Part shown: positions 37,154-46,729 of the stretch, piece by piece
Numbering within the stretch: the stretch's first letter is position 1
How the letters are laid out: the number at the start of each line of letters is the position of its first letter
Assembly: GCF_050013435.1 (NCBI RefSeq)
Contig: NZ_JBEKFG010000005.1
Span: 12,609 to 76,608, forward strand
Source: Candidatus Binatus sp.
GTDB taxonomy: Bacteria; Desulfobacterota; Binatia; Binatales; Binataceae
Direction of reading: 5' to 3'
DNA length: 64,000 bases
Made by a program: the position numbers and the translations under genes
Notes under the pieces: generated by a model
What the model was told of the DNA's origin: nothing
Databases searched by the model: none
The model's input: only the letters and a program-made list of their open reading frames with translations

Positions 37154-38833
37154 TTGATTGCAGAGTCGAGAGTAAGCTGCGCTTGCGACGACCGCAGGCT
37201 CCAACCGCGCAGGCGGGGAAATCCAATTAAACGCCAACAAAAAATAGGACGGATTGGCGTTATCGTATCCTTGAGTTTGGCCGCTTGCGCTTTGCTCATA
37301 GTGTCGACGAGCGCGCCACGTGCACAACTGGCGTCTTCCCCTTGGCCTGTGTTTCGGCACGATTCCGCGCACACCGGCCAAAGCCAGGTCGATACCAGCA
37401 CTAACAACGGCGTCCAGACATGGTTGTTTGTCTACCCGGGAGGCACTTTTTTTGCGCCGCTATCGTCGCCCACACTTGGCGCAGATGGAACGATCTATTC
37501 AACTCCCGGAGACGACAACCTCTACGCATTTAATCCGGACGGGACGCTGAAGTGGACTTTTGTAACCCCCTGGCCAATGGACTCTTCACCCGTGGTCGGA
37601 GCCGATGGAACCATCTACGCTCCTTCACAGGGCGATATTCGAGACGGTTATCTGTACGCCGTTAACCCCGATGGGACGCTGAAGTGGACTTTCCAAACCA
37701 GCTTTTCATGCGAGTCTTCTCCTGCCATCGGTTCCGATGGGACAATCTACATTTACTGCGATGACGGCAAGCTGTATGCGATCAACCCCGATGGCACGAC
37801 GAAGTGGGTGCTGGCGGAAGGATTTGATGGAACCAATGAGATGTCCTCTCCGGCGATCGGTGCCGACGGAACGATTTACTTCGGTTCCGCTAACTACAAC
37901 CTCTACGCGGTAAACCCAGACGGCACGTTGAAATGGGCGTTTCAGACGCCTGGCGACGTGGAGTCCTCTCCGGCAGTAGGGCCAGATGGTACCATCTATG
38001 TCGGTTCCGAATACACCAATGGCTATCCACATAGTATCGCCTACCTGTTCGCCATCAATCCGGACGGTTCCTTGAAGTGGCGGTTCCAGTCACCGAATTA
38101 CTGGGTGCTGTCCTCGCCGGCAATTGGGACCGATGGCACAATCTATTTTGGAGACGGACTCAGCTTGTGGGCGTTACACCCCGACGGCAGTCTCCGGTGG
38201 CAAGTCATTCCCGACGATACTGGGGGCTTCAACCAAGCGGTAATCTCCTCGCCCGCGATCGGAGCCGATGGCGCTGTTTATGTCGGGACCAACGACGGAA
38301 AGATCTATGCGGTAAATCCCGATGGGTCGGTTAAGTGGAAGTTCCCCGTCGGCCTTTCGCTTGTTGAGGGAGCGCCGGCGATCGGCGCTGACGGAACGGT
38401 CTACATCAACGTGTGTCCTTTTGGCCCAAATCGTCTTTACGCAATAGGCCACGGCGTTCCGCCAACGCCCACACCAACGCCCACGCCGGTGCCGGTCAAA
38501 CTCGAGATCAGACCGAAGTCGCTAAATTTCGGCACCGTGGAGGTCGGGAAGCATAAGGGACCCAAACATGTCATCGTGCGCAATCCCAAAGGGGGCAAGA
38601 AGACGCCCGGTATTACGGTGACGATTTTAGGGCTCAGTGGAGGGGGCAGTCCGTTCAGCGTGACGAATGGCTGCAGTGTATCGGACCTGTCCCCAGGCGA
38701 TGGGTGCTCCTTCGAAGTTACGTTCGCGCCGACCGCCGCCGTATCGTCTACTGCCACCCTGATGATCATCGACAATGCGGAGCAGCAGTCGGTGGACCTG
38801 TCGGGAAAGGGGCAAGCGCCGAAGAACAGATAG
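37154..38833 (+). CDS. secreted PQQ-like/BamB-like beta-propeller repeat protein with PT linker and C-terminal Ig-like domain
   Basis: About nine repeats of DGTIY...L(Y/F)A(V/I)NPDGTLKW. PTPTPTPTP linker, then a roughly 110-aa beta-sandwich-like tail. Signal peptide present; true start may lie downstream of 37154. Confidence 0.8.
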   Translation: MIAESRVSCACDDRRLQPRRRGNPIKRQQKIGRIGVIVSLSLAACALLIVSTSAPRAQLASSPWPVFRHDSAHTGQSQVDTSTNNGVQTWLFVYPGGTFFAPLSSPTLGADGTIYSTPGDDNLYAFNPDGTLKWTFVTPWPMDSSPVVGADGTIYAPSQGDIRDGYLYAVNPDGTLKWTFQTSFSCESSPAIGSDGTIYIYCDDGKLYAINPDGTTKWVLAEGFDGTNEMSSPAIGADGTIYFGSANYNLYAVNPDGTLKWAFQTPGDVESSPAVGPDGTIYVGSEYTNGYPHSIAYLFAINPDGSLKWRFQSPNYWVLSSPAIGTDGTIYFGDGLSLWALHPDGSLRWQVIPDDTGGFNQAVISSPAIGADGAVYVGTNDGKIYAVNPDGSVKWKFPVGLSLVEGAPAIGADGTVYINVCPFGPNRLYAIGHGVPPTPTPTPTPVPVKLEIRPKSLNFGTVEVGKHKGPKHVIVRNPKGGKKTPGITVTILGLSGGGSPFSVTNGCSVSDLSPGDGCSFEVTFAPTAAVSSTATLMIIDNAEQQSVDLSGKGQAPKNR

Positions 38834-39266
38834 GCACGGATCGAGTCTCCACGATCGGGCTACTTTAGCGGGCTTCACTCTCTTGAAATTTCCGTCCGCA
38901 ATGCTGAGCGGAAGCTTGAGCAACCTGACGCTGCCGGTCACTGTGATCGCGGGACAAGGGTATCCAGGCCTCTTGAGCCAGAGGCGACGGCTACGGTCAG
39001 ATCACGTTTCCAGCCCCAAATGGCGGGCGTGGAGCATTCGGCATTGCCCTGGTTATCAAATGAGTGCTCAACTGAACTTCGGAATCTTTCTTTGGAGGGC
39101 GGAAGCCGCACAGAGATAGCTGGTCGAGGCCTCGCCAATCTAAAGCGCACGAAGGGCCGACCGTGATCCAAGGCTAAGGCCCCATCGAGAGCGATGATTG
39201 GCTCAAGTACATTTCGGTCTTATCGGCTCGCCTCAAGCACTTCGTCGCGCGCGTATCAAACGGCCC

Positions 39267-42017
39267 CTATTTCGACTTGCCCGTGATTTTCACCTTGATC
39301 GCTTTCTTATGCGTGGGATCATCGCTCGTGATCGAGATCTGATCGGTCCTCGATCCTTCCTTCATCGGCGTGTACACGATTATCACCTGGTGGTTCAAAC
39401 CCGGCCCGATCAGGATCCCGCTTCCTCCCTCAACCTCTGTGAATGGTGGGGCGTGTTTCGGTGCGGTTACCTTGGCCGTCAGTGGGCCAGTCCCGGTGTT
39501 GCCAATAGTGATAATCGCGGACGCCGTAGCCGCTGGCGACGCGTTGAGTTTGACCTTCTTCGGGTTCACCGAGATGCGCCCGCCACCAGGCGTCGCAGTC
39601 GCCGTCGGCGTTGGGGTCTCAGTTGCAGTCATTGTTGCCGACGGAGTCGCAGTTGGCGTCGCAGTTGGCGTCGGCGTGCCGCTAGTTGAGGTTGCCGTCG
39701 GCGTGCCGCTACTTGAGGCAAATGCCATCACGAGATTGGTGGCATTGACGGTCCCGATGCCGGTATCGAAGTCCCATCCGGCGTTCGCTGCAAATGCATC
39801 CTGGAACGATGAGTTCGAGGTGGACAGCACGCCGACTCCGACTTCGTAGGTAGGTAATCCGCCAGCGAAGCAGTCTGGGTCGCCTACAAAGCATGGTTGG
39901 TCGTTATCGCCTTGGGTTATGTCGTAGAAGATGCACGAACTTGAAACTTCGTTGCCCAGGCTCGACTCGCAACTGGCGTTGCCACTCGAGCCATACTCAG
40001 CGCGCGCGAGCGAATAGTAGGTGGTATTCGGGTTGCCTTGATCGCCGCCAGCCTTCTGATTGGCCAGAGCCTGGATGCCGGCCATTATCGGCGAAGCAAA
40101 CGACGTCCCGCCCGCGCAGGGCCACGTGTCGGTGTCGCCCGCGCATGAATTCAGGTCTGCAGGGTTGGAATTGCAAAACACGTAGCAGTGTCCCCACAAT
40201 CCGTCGGCGGCGAACAAGGCGACGTCGGGAAGATCGCGGACGCCGTCGCTCGGATTGCCAAAAACCGATTGGTAACCAGGCTTGGTCCATCCTGTACAAC
40301 TCCCACTTACCACGCCGGTCGTGGACGGCGCTCCGCTCGCACAGGAGCTTGGGCCACCGCCGCCGCCTACGACTTCCAGTGAAAACTCGGGTTGGGGACA
40401 AATGCCGCTCCCCAGCCCATCACAACACCCATAGGGCTCCTGGTTAGCCGTGCAGATACCGGGTCCCAACAAAGCAAGTTCGCACAAGCCGCTTGGGCCA
40501 TAGGTTGAAACCGTGCCAATAAAGCCAGACAAGAGGTCGCTCGCGCAGGAATCGTTCCACGGGATTTCCGGCAAATAGGACGTCGCCGAGCCGCCGTTGG
40601 TGCCGTTCGACGCATTCCAGTAAGTGGAGCTTGTGCTGGTTAAAAAGTCAGCGAAATCGGTGCCACCCACCGCCACGTCATTCGGGCTGGACGCAAATCC
40701 GCTGACGCTGATTCCGTACTCCCCCGCCCAGGGAGGAGGCTGCCTATCTAAGTCATTGGCATCAGCGCCGGAATCGCCCGCGGCAACGAAAATTGAGGTG
40801 CCTCCCGCAACTCCCGTCTGATACAGCGAGTCGATGGCGGCGTTGGAGGCTGCGCCGTTAACTACCTCCGATTCAGCGTAGCTGACGCTCACAACATCCG
40901 GCTTGGGGCTAAGCGCGCCGTTGAGAATGTTCTGAAGTGCGACAAAAACTCCCGAAGCCAACGTCGTCCCAAAAGGGCCGGTAGAGACGTCCGCGCACGA
41001 GCCCACGACAATGGTCGCGTTGGGCGCCGAAGCGCTGGCCCATTCCGCATCGATGATCGCCTCGACATCAACGTCTGGGACGGCGCCCGGATCGCTACAA
41101 TTGTCCGGGCCGCTGGGTGGTTGCGGCTGGAACTCGCGGAAGCTCCCGTTCGGGAAGGAGCTGCTAAGACCAAACGCATTGCGAAAGGTGTTCCAATCCT
41201 CAGCATTAAAGACGTCGCTGTCTTCGACCACCACGATCGTCTCGCCCTGTCCGGTGATGCCGCCGGAAAAGAGCGGATTCAAGTTGTAGATGGTTGCCAG
41301 GTCCGCGGGTACGACCTCTTCGCACGGAGCGCCTAACGGACCGCAAGCGCCGCCCGGTGAGAAGTCGGTTTTCGTCTTCGTATGCATCGGATGCGGCCTG
41401 AAGTCATTCAGCGAGACGATGCCGACCACTGCCGGCGCCAGCGCGGCCGGAATCCGCGGATCGCTCATGTTGGCGATATGTTGCCTACCATCCACGTCAA
41501 GGCGATGAATCGAGGTGTGGAAAGCCTTGCGCACCTCGCCCGCCGTACCCAAGAAGTCGATCACGATGCCATTGGGATAAACGAGATTGACGGTGAAGCC
41601 ATGCGATCGCAGCCAACCCGTAATCGTCGCCATATCTTCAGGCGCCAAACCGTAACGCTGTCCGATTTTCTGCGGGGTCAACCAGTGGTGATAGTTTGGT
41701 GACTTGGAGTCGCTCTGCTGTTCCATGTACTGCCGAAGGGCCTGCTCCGCTTGCGGAGAGCGTCGCAACTCCAGGAACATGTGGTCCATCCGAAAGGTGT
41801 CAGCGACCGGCCCGCGATCGTAGCGCGCATTCGCTTCTGGACGCGCATTACCCGTGAGCGTGACCAGCTTGGTGTCGCTGACCGGTTCAGTAATCAAAGC
41901 TCGGGGTTGTGATTGCGCGCCGACAACCTGCCAGTAGCCCGCCATCGCAGCGAGGAGAATCCCGCATCCCAACACCACGCGCATACGATAGGTTGAACGA
42001 ACTCTGGATGATTTCAT
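39267..42017 (-). CDS. secreted S53 (sedolisin/kumamolisin-like) peptidase with PT linker and C-terminal Ig-like domain
   Basis: Start at MKSSRVRS with a signal peptide. Pro-kumamolisin activation-domain-like N-terminus. Catalytic Ser context GGTSFASPIMAG. TPTATPTATPS linker and a tail resembling that of the 37154 gene. Confidence 0.8.
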   Translation of the reverse strand: MKSSRVRSTYRMRVVLGCGILLAAMAGYWQVVGAQSQPRALITEPVSDTKLVTLTGNARPEANARYDRGPVADTFRMDHMFLELRRSPQAEQALRQYMEQQSDSKSPNYHHWLTPQKIGQRYGLAPEDMATITGWLRSHGFTVNLVYPNGIVIDFLGTAGEVRKAFHTSIHRLDVDGRQHIANMSDPRIPAALAPAVVGIVSLNDFRPHPMHTKTKTDFSPGGACGPLGAPCEEVVPADLATIYNLNPLFSGGITGQGETIVVVEDSDVFNAEDWNTFRNAFGLSSSFPNGSFREFQPQPPSGPDNCSDPGAVPDVDVEAIIDAEWASASAPNATIVVGSCADVSTGPFGTTLASGVFVALQNILNGALSPKPDVVSVSYAESEVVNGAASNAAIDSLYQTGVAGGTSIFVAAGDSGADANDLDRQPPPWAGEYGISVSGFASSPNDVAVGGTDFADFLTSTSSTYWNASNGTNGGSATSYLPEIPWNDSCASDLLSGFIGTVSTYGPSGLCELALLGPGICTANQEPYGCCDGLGSGICPQPEFSLEVVGGGGGPSSCASGAPSTTGVVSGSCTGWTKPGYQSVFGNPSDGVRDLPDVALFAADGLWGHCYVFCNSNPADLNSCAGDTDTWPCAGGTSFASPIMAGIQALANQKAGGDQGNPNTTYYSLARAEYGSSGNASCESSLGNEVSSSCIFYDITQGDNDQPCFVGDPDCFAGGLPTYEVGVGVLSTSNSSFQDAFAANAGWDFDTGIGTVNATNLVMAFASSSGTPTATSTSGTPTPTATPTATPSATMTATETPTPTATATPGGGRISVNPKKVKLNASPAATASAIITIGNTGTGPLTAKVTAPKHAPPFTEVEGGSGILIGPGLNHQVIIVYTPMKEGSRTDQISITSDDPTHKKAIKVKITGKSK

Positions 42018-42119
42018 CTCGTTCCCCCCGGCCGCGGAGTCCCGCATCTCCACGTCCAACGTCCCCCGCGGGCGTTTAGGCTATGAAATGCATGCCCGGA
42101 ATAATAGCGAATCTAAAGC

Positions 42120-42286
42120 GAGGATCCGCGGACCCAGCCAAATCGCGCCCGGATAGGTTTTGCCCGATTCTGCCGATTTGCGCCGACCAAGGCGCTCTCT
42201 GGGTCCGCGCGTGATCGCGAATCGCGCGCACACGCGCGCTTTTCGATCGATTCTCTGGCATCTCCAGAAATCTGGAGACTGAAATG
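42120..42286 (-). repeat. tRNA-downstream element, copy adjacent to intact tRNA-Ala
   Basis: Homologous to 36672..36833. Contains hairpin tctccag-aaat-ctggaga (42261..42278) and an alternating pyrimidine-purine tract cgcgcgcacacgcgcgc. Confidence 0.75.
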
Positions 42287-42359
42287 TGGAGCAGAAGGGA
42301 TTTGAACCCTCGACCCCTACGTTGCGAACGTAGTGCTCTCCCAGCTGAGCTACTGCCCC
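42287..42359 (-). tRNA. tRNA-Ala (anticodon CGC)
   Basis: GGGGCAGTAGCTCAGCTGGGAGAGCACTACGTTCGCAACGTAGGGGTCGAGGGTTCAAATCCCTTCTGCTCCA folds as a cloverleaf. G3:U70 identity pair, anticodon loop TTCGCAA, CCA not encoded. Confidence 0.9.
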
Positions 42360-42381
42360 ATCCAAGATCGAGACGCAATTA

Positions 42382-43248
42382 CTATTGTGAGATAACTGAC
42401 TTCAAGTAAGCTCGCAACCTCTCGGCCAGATCGGCGCGTTTCAATCCGAAGCCGATTTGCGCCGAGATGAACCCCACGCGATCGCCCAGGTCATAGCGGA
42501 CGCCCTCGAACTGGTAGCCGTAAATCTTGCGGCGCCCCGTCAGCGCCATCAGCGCGTCGGTCAACTGAATTTCGCCGCCAGCGCCCGGCTTGCCCGCGGC
42601 CAGCAGTTCGAAGATATCGGGCGTCAGCACGTAGCGGCCCATGATTGCGAATTCGCTCGGCGCTTTTTCGGGCGCCGGTTTCTCGACCATCCCACGCAGT
42701 TCGTAAGTCCGCTCGCCGACGGCTTTCAGATCGACGATGCCGTACTTCGAGAGCTCGCTGCGTGCGACCTTGAGCAGCGCGACCACCGGCGCGTCACGGG
42801 TCTCGGCCACATCGAGGAGCTGGCGCAGGCACGGCCGCGGGCAATCGAAAATGTCGTCGGGGAGCATCACGGCAAACGGTTCGTCGCCGACCGCCTCGCG
42901 CGCTTGCAGCACCGCATGGCCCAGCCCGAGCGGACGCTGCTGTTCGGCGATCGTAATCCTGGCCGGACGGTTGCTGCGCCGGACCAGTTCGAGGATGTCG
43001 CGTTTGTCGCGGGCTTCGAGATAGCGCTCGAGTTCCGCGTTGGGCTCGAAGTGATCGGCGACGGTGGTCTTGCCGGGGCTGATGACGAGAATGACTTCCG
43101 TGATGCCGGAGGCGACCGCCTCCTCGACGACGACCTGGATCGCCGGCGTATCGACCACCGGCAAAAGTTCCTTGGCGATCACCTTCGACGACGGAAGCAT
43201 CCGCGTGCCCATTCCGGCCGCAAGGATAACCGCCTTTTTTACTTTCAT
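42382..43248 (-). CDS. galU: UTP-glucose-1-phosphate uridylyltransferase
   Basis: KAVILAAGMGTRMLPSSKVIAKELLPV N-terminal signature; 288 aa. Confidence 0.9.
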   Translation of the reverse strand: MKVKKAVILAAGMGTRMLPSSKVIAKELLPVVDTPAIQVVVEEAVASGITEVILVISPGKTTVADHFEPNAELERYLEARDKRDILELVRRSNRPARITIAEQQRPLGLGHAVLQAREAVGDEPFAVMLPDDIFDCPRPCLRQLLDVAETRDAPVVALLKVARSELSKYGIVDLKAVGERTYELRGMVEKPAPEKAPSEFAIMGRYVLTPDIFELLAAGKPGAGGEIQLTDALMALTGRRKIYGYQFEGVRYDLGDRVGFISAQIGFGLKRADLAERLRAYLKSVISQ

Positions 43249-43279
43249 AGCAGTGGGATTTTCCGGGTTGGAGGCGTGC

Positions 43280-43657
43280 TCAGATCTTCTGCTCGCGCTC
43301 TTCCTGTGCGGATTTGCATGCGATGCAACGCGTGGTGACGGGGCGCGCCTTGAGCCGCTCGAACCCTATTTCGCCGCCGCATTCCTCGCATCGCCCGTAC
43401 GAACCGTCTTCGAGTCGCGCGAACGCCTCGCTGATTTTGCTGAGCAACTTGCGCTCGCGATCGCGCATCCGCAGCAGGAAATTGCGATCCGATTCGAGCG
43501 CGGCCCGATCGGTCGGGTCTGCGCAGGCCTCTTCCGACTCATTGTTCATGGCGCCGACCGCGCGCTCCGATTCCTGGAGAATGTCGCGTTTGCGGCCTTC
43601 GAGCAATTTTCTGAAGAGCTTGAGGTCTCTTTGCCTCACGGTTGAATTGTCCGTCAC
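43280..43657 (-). CDS. dksA: DksA/TraR-family C4 zinc-finger protein
   Basis: Coiled-coil region with acidic tip, and CEECGGEIGFERLKARPVTTRCIACK. Confidence 0.85.
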   Translation of the reverse strand: MTDNSTVRQRDLKLFRKLLEGRKRDILQESERAVGAMNNESEEACADPTDRAALESDRNFLLRMRDRERKLLSKISEAFARLEDGSYGRCEECGGEIGFERLKARPVTTRCIACKSAQEEREQKI

Positions 43658-43709
43658 GAGCCGAGTTTTTGATTCTATCGACGCCCTGCTACCATGTAAA
43701 GGTTGCGGG

Positions 43710-44903
43710 ATGAAAACGGCTTATCTCGACGCGTTCTCCGGTCTCAGCGGCGACATGATTGTCGGCGCAATCCTCGATTGCGGCGCGGATTTTGACCAGT
43801 TCGAGCGCGCGATCAAGTCGGTGCCGATCGCAGGTTATCGGCTCTCGACCCGGCGGATAATCTCAAGCGGCATCTCGGCGCTCAAGTTCGATGTCGCCGT
43901 GACGGAGCCGCAGCCGCAGCGTCATTTCGGCGAGATTCGCGCGCTGATCGAGGCATCTACCCTCGCCGCGACCGTCAGGCATCGCGCGATCTCGATCTTC
44001 GAAGTGCTTGCCCAGGCCGAGGCGAAGATTCACAACATCACACCCGACCGCGTTCATTTTCACGAAGTCGGCGCGGTTGATTCGATCATCGACATTGTCG
44101 CCGCGGCATGGGGACTCGAGCATCTCGGCGTCGGCGACGTGATCGTGTCGGTGCTCCCGATGGGCGGCGGATTCGCGCGCACGCAGCACGGAGTCATTCC
44201 CGTGCCGGCGCCGGCGACGATGGAGCTGCTGTCGGGATTCCCGGTGAAAATCGGCGATGGTGCGCGCGAGATGGTCACGCCGACCGGCGCGGCGGTGGTC
44301 CGCGCGCTGGCGCGTCCGGCGGCAATCCCGCTTGGGTTCGAAGTCGAGAAAATCGGCTACGGCGCGGGCGCGCGCGAGCTGGAAGATCGGCCCAATGTGT
44401 TGCGCCTGATGCTAGGGCGCGAGCGGGCCGCGTTCGACAGCGACGAGATGATCGAGATCTCCGCAAATATCGACGATCTCAGCCCGCAGATTTACGACCA
44501 TGTGATGAGTCGCCTGTTCGCCGCAGGCGCGCGCGACGTGACGATTACGCCCACGATGATGAAGAAGAGCCGCCCGGCGGTAACCCTGGGCGTGATCGCC
44601 GAGGCCGCGCGCCGAGACGCGATCGCGGAGATTATCTTTGCGGAGACCTCGACGATCGGACTGCGGTTCCACGGCGTCGAGCGGCTGAAATTACATCGCG
44701 AGATTCACGAGGTCGAGACGCGATGGGGCAAGGTTCGCGTCAAGACATCGGGCGCGCATGGCCGCGAGCCGACTACGATTTCGCCGGAGTACGATGACTG
44801 CCGGCGAATCGCCGCGGAGCACAAGGTAGCGCTGCGCGTCGTGATCGAGGAAGCGCGGGACGCCGCACGAGCACGCGGACCGGCGCATCGCGGCGAAAAA
44901 TGA
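43710..44903 (+). CDS. larC: LarC-family nickel insertion protein (DUF111)
   Basis: Start at MKTAYLDAFSGLSGDMIVGAILD. HFHEVGAVDSIIDIV motif. The tracked ORF start at 43314 is an antisense extension over dksA. Confidence 0.8.
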   Translation: MKTAYLDAFSGLSGDMIVGAILDCGADFDQFERAIKSVPIAGYRLSTRRIISSGISALKFDVAVTEPQPQRHFGEIRALIEASTLAATVRHRAISIFEVLAQAEAKIHNITPDRVHFHEVGAVDSIIDIVAAAWGLEHLGVGDVIVSVLPMGGGFARTQHGVIPVPAPATMELLSGFPVKIGDGAREMVTPTGAAVVRALARPAAIPLGFEVEKIGYGAGARELEDRPNVLRLMLGRERAAFDSDEMIEISANIDDLSPQIYDHVMSRLFAAGARDVTITPTMMKKSRPAVTLGVIAEAARRDAIAEIIFAETSTIGLRFHGVERLKLHREIHEVETRWGKVRVKTSGAHGREPTTISPEYDDCRRIAAEHKVALRVVIEEARDAARARGPAHRGEK

Positions 44904-45553
44904 GCTCCGAACGCCTGCATATCAACGAAATCTTTTACAGCATCCAGGGCGAATCCACGCACGCGGGCCGTCCATGCGTGTTCGTGCGGCTAACCGGATG
45001 CAACCTGCGATGCAAATGGTGCGACACCGAGTACGCATTCTACGAAGGCCGCCAGATGCCGATTGCCGAGGTCGCCGAAATAATTCGCGGCTATCGCTGC
45101 GACCTGGTCGAGGTGACCGGCGGCGAACCGCTGCTGCAGGAGGGCGTATATCCGCTGGCGGATGCGATGCTCGAATCCGGCCGGACCGTGATGATCGAGA
45201 CGTCGGGGGCGGTGGACGTCAGCCGGCTCGACCCACGCGTCATCAAGATCATGGACCTCAAATGTCCGGGCAGCGGGGAATGCGACCGAAATCTTTGGAG
45301 CAACCTCGACCATCTGACCCGGCGCGACGAGATCAAATTCGTAATCGCCGATCGTGCGGATTACGAATGGGCCAGGGACGCAATCGCCGCCCGCGACCTT
45401 GCCCGGCGCGTGGGCGCGCTATTGTTGAGTCCGGTGTCCGGACAACTGGCGCCCGCCGCGCTCGCGGCGTGGATACTCGAGGATCGATTGCCCGCGCGGC
45501 TGCAATTGCAGATGCATAAGCAGATCTGGCCGGGCATTTCCCGCGGCGTGTGA
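44900..45553 (+). CDS. queE: 7-carboxy-7-deazaguanine synthase (radical SAM)
   Basis: EIFYSIQGEST and the cluster motif CNLRCKWCDT. ATGA overlap with larC. Confidence 0.85.
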   Translation: MSSERLHINEIFYSIQGESTHAGRPCVFVRLTGCNLRCKWCDTEYAFYEGRQMPIAEVAEIIRGYRCDLVEVTGGEPLLQEGVYPLADAMLESGRTVMIETSGAVDVSRLDPRVIKIMDLKCPGSGECDRNLWSNLDHLTRRDEIKFVIADRADYEWARDAIAARDLARRVGALLLSPVSGQLAPAALAAWILEDRLPARLQLQMHKQIWPGISRGV

Positions 45554-45609
45554 TTGCGGCAGGGGCCGCGCGCGACAACGGAGCGCGGCCTTAACACTGG
45601 GTGCAGGGG

Positions 45610-46617
45610 TCACCCCTGCCGCGCCGGCGACGCGGAATGCTGCCGGACGGGATCGCCCGACAGCAACTGCTGCGATTTTCGCAGCGCCGCCTCGGTCTCG
45701 CGCAGCAGATCGGCGAACACTTCCGCCGTCGGCTTGATCTCGTGAATCAGTCCCGCGCCCTGCCCGGTCGGCATGAATGTGCGATTGGGATCGAAGCCGT
45801 CGCCGCGCAGCCCGCTGAAGTTCATGACTCCGTTGCGCTGCGACGTCATCGCCTGCATGGGGAACGGCTGAATCTTCGAAGGATCCTTTTCCCACTCGAG
45901 CGCATATTCGGTGCGGATGACGCGGCAGGTCTTGCCGGTGTACGCGCGCGTGCGCATGGTGGAATCCTCGTGCGCCTTTACGATCGCCTCGCGGTAGCCG
46001 GCCGCCGCCTGCGCCTCGGGCGTTGCGATAAAGCGCGTTCCGATCACGACGCCCTGCGCGCCGAGGGTGAGCGCGGCGGCGATCTGTCGTCCGTCGGCGA
46101 TTCCTCCGGCGGCCAGCACCGGCAGCCTCACCGCGTCGATCATCTGCGGCACCAGCGAGAGCATCCCGATCTCGCCGGTATGTCCTCCCGCCTCGGTGCC
46201 TTGCGCGACGACCACGTCGGCGCCGGCGTCCTGCGACTTGACGCCGTGATGCACCTTGCCGCACATCACGACGATCTTCATCCCGTTGTCGTGCATCACC
46301 TTGACGAATTCCTGCGGTACCGAGAGTCCGGCGACGAAGATCTTGATTTTTTCCTCGACCATCACCGGTACGTGCGGGCGCATCATGTCGGGAATCGGCG
46401 CGAGCAGATCGACGGCGAACGGCTTGTCGGTCAGCTCGCGAATCTTGCGGATTTCCGCGCGCAGTTCGTCGGGGCTGAGCGACGCGGCGCCAAGAACGCC
46501 GAGACCGCCGGCGTTGGAAACCGCGGCAACCAGCTTGTGCATCGCGACCCCGCCCATCCCGGCGAGCAGAATCGGATACTTGATTCCAAAGTAATCGCAA
46601 ATCGGCGTGTGCAGCAT
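45610..46617 (-). CDS. nitronate monooxygenase / FabK-like FMN oxidoreductase
   Basis: Start at MLHTPICDYFGIKYPILLAGMGGV. QGTEAGGH motif. The upstream part of the tracked ORF is an extension. Confidence 0.85.
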   Translation of the reverse strand: MLHTPICDYFGIKYPILLAGMGGVAMHKLVAAVSNAGGLGVLGAASLSPDELRAEIRKIRELTDKPFAVDLLAPIPDMMRPHVPVMVEEKIKIFVAGLSVPQEFVKVMHDNGMKIVVMCGKVHHGVKSQDAGADVVVAQGTEAGGHTGEIGMLSLVPQMIDAVRLPVLAAGGIADGRQIAAALTLGAQGVVIGTRFIATPEAQAAAGYREAIVKAHEDSTMRTRAYTGKTCRVIRTEYALEWEKDPSKIQPFPMQAMTSQRNGVMNFSGLRGDGFDPNRTFMPTGQGAGLIHEIKPTAEVFADLLRETEAALRKSQQLLSGDPVRQHSASPARQG

Positions 46618-46729
46618 CGAAGCGTTCTCCAATAGTGAGCCGTCTATGCGACTGGCCCCTGATGACATCTTTAGTCTGGCTGGTGCGGCGCGATCAAGCG
46701 CTATGGCCGCGCAGGTTGGCGTGATGCAT

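Noticed and set aside
38455-38490. Apparent DNA tandem repeats (ccaacgcccaca… and the similar tract at about 39590..39700)
   Set aside because: They encode Pro/Thr linkers inside the two secreted proteins. They are coding low-complexity sequence, not independent repeat elements.
42261-42278. Hairpin after tRNA-Ala as a Rho-independent terminator
   Set aside because: The stem is good, but no T-rich tract follows it on the transcribed strand. It is kept only as part of the repeated downstream element.
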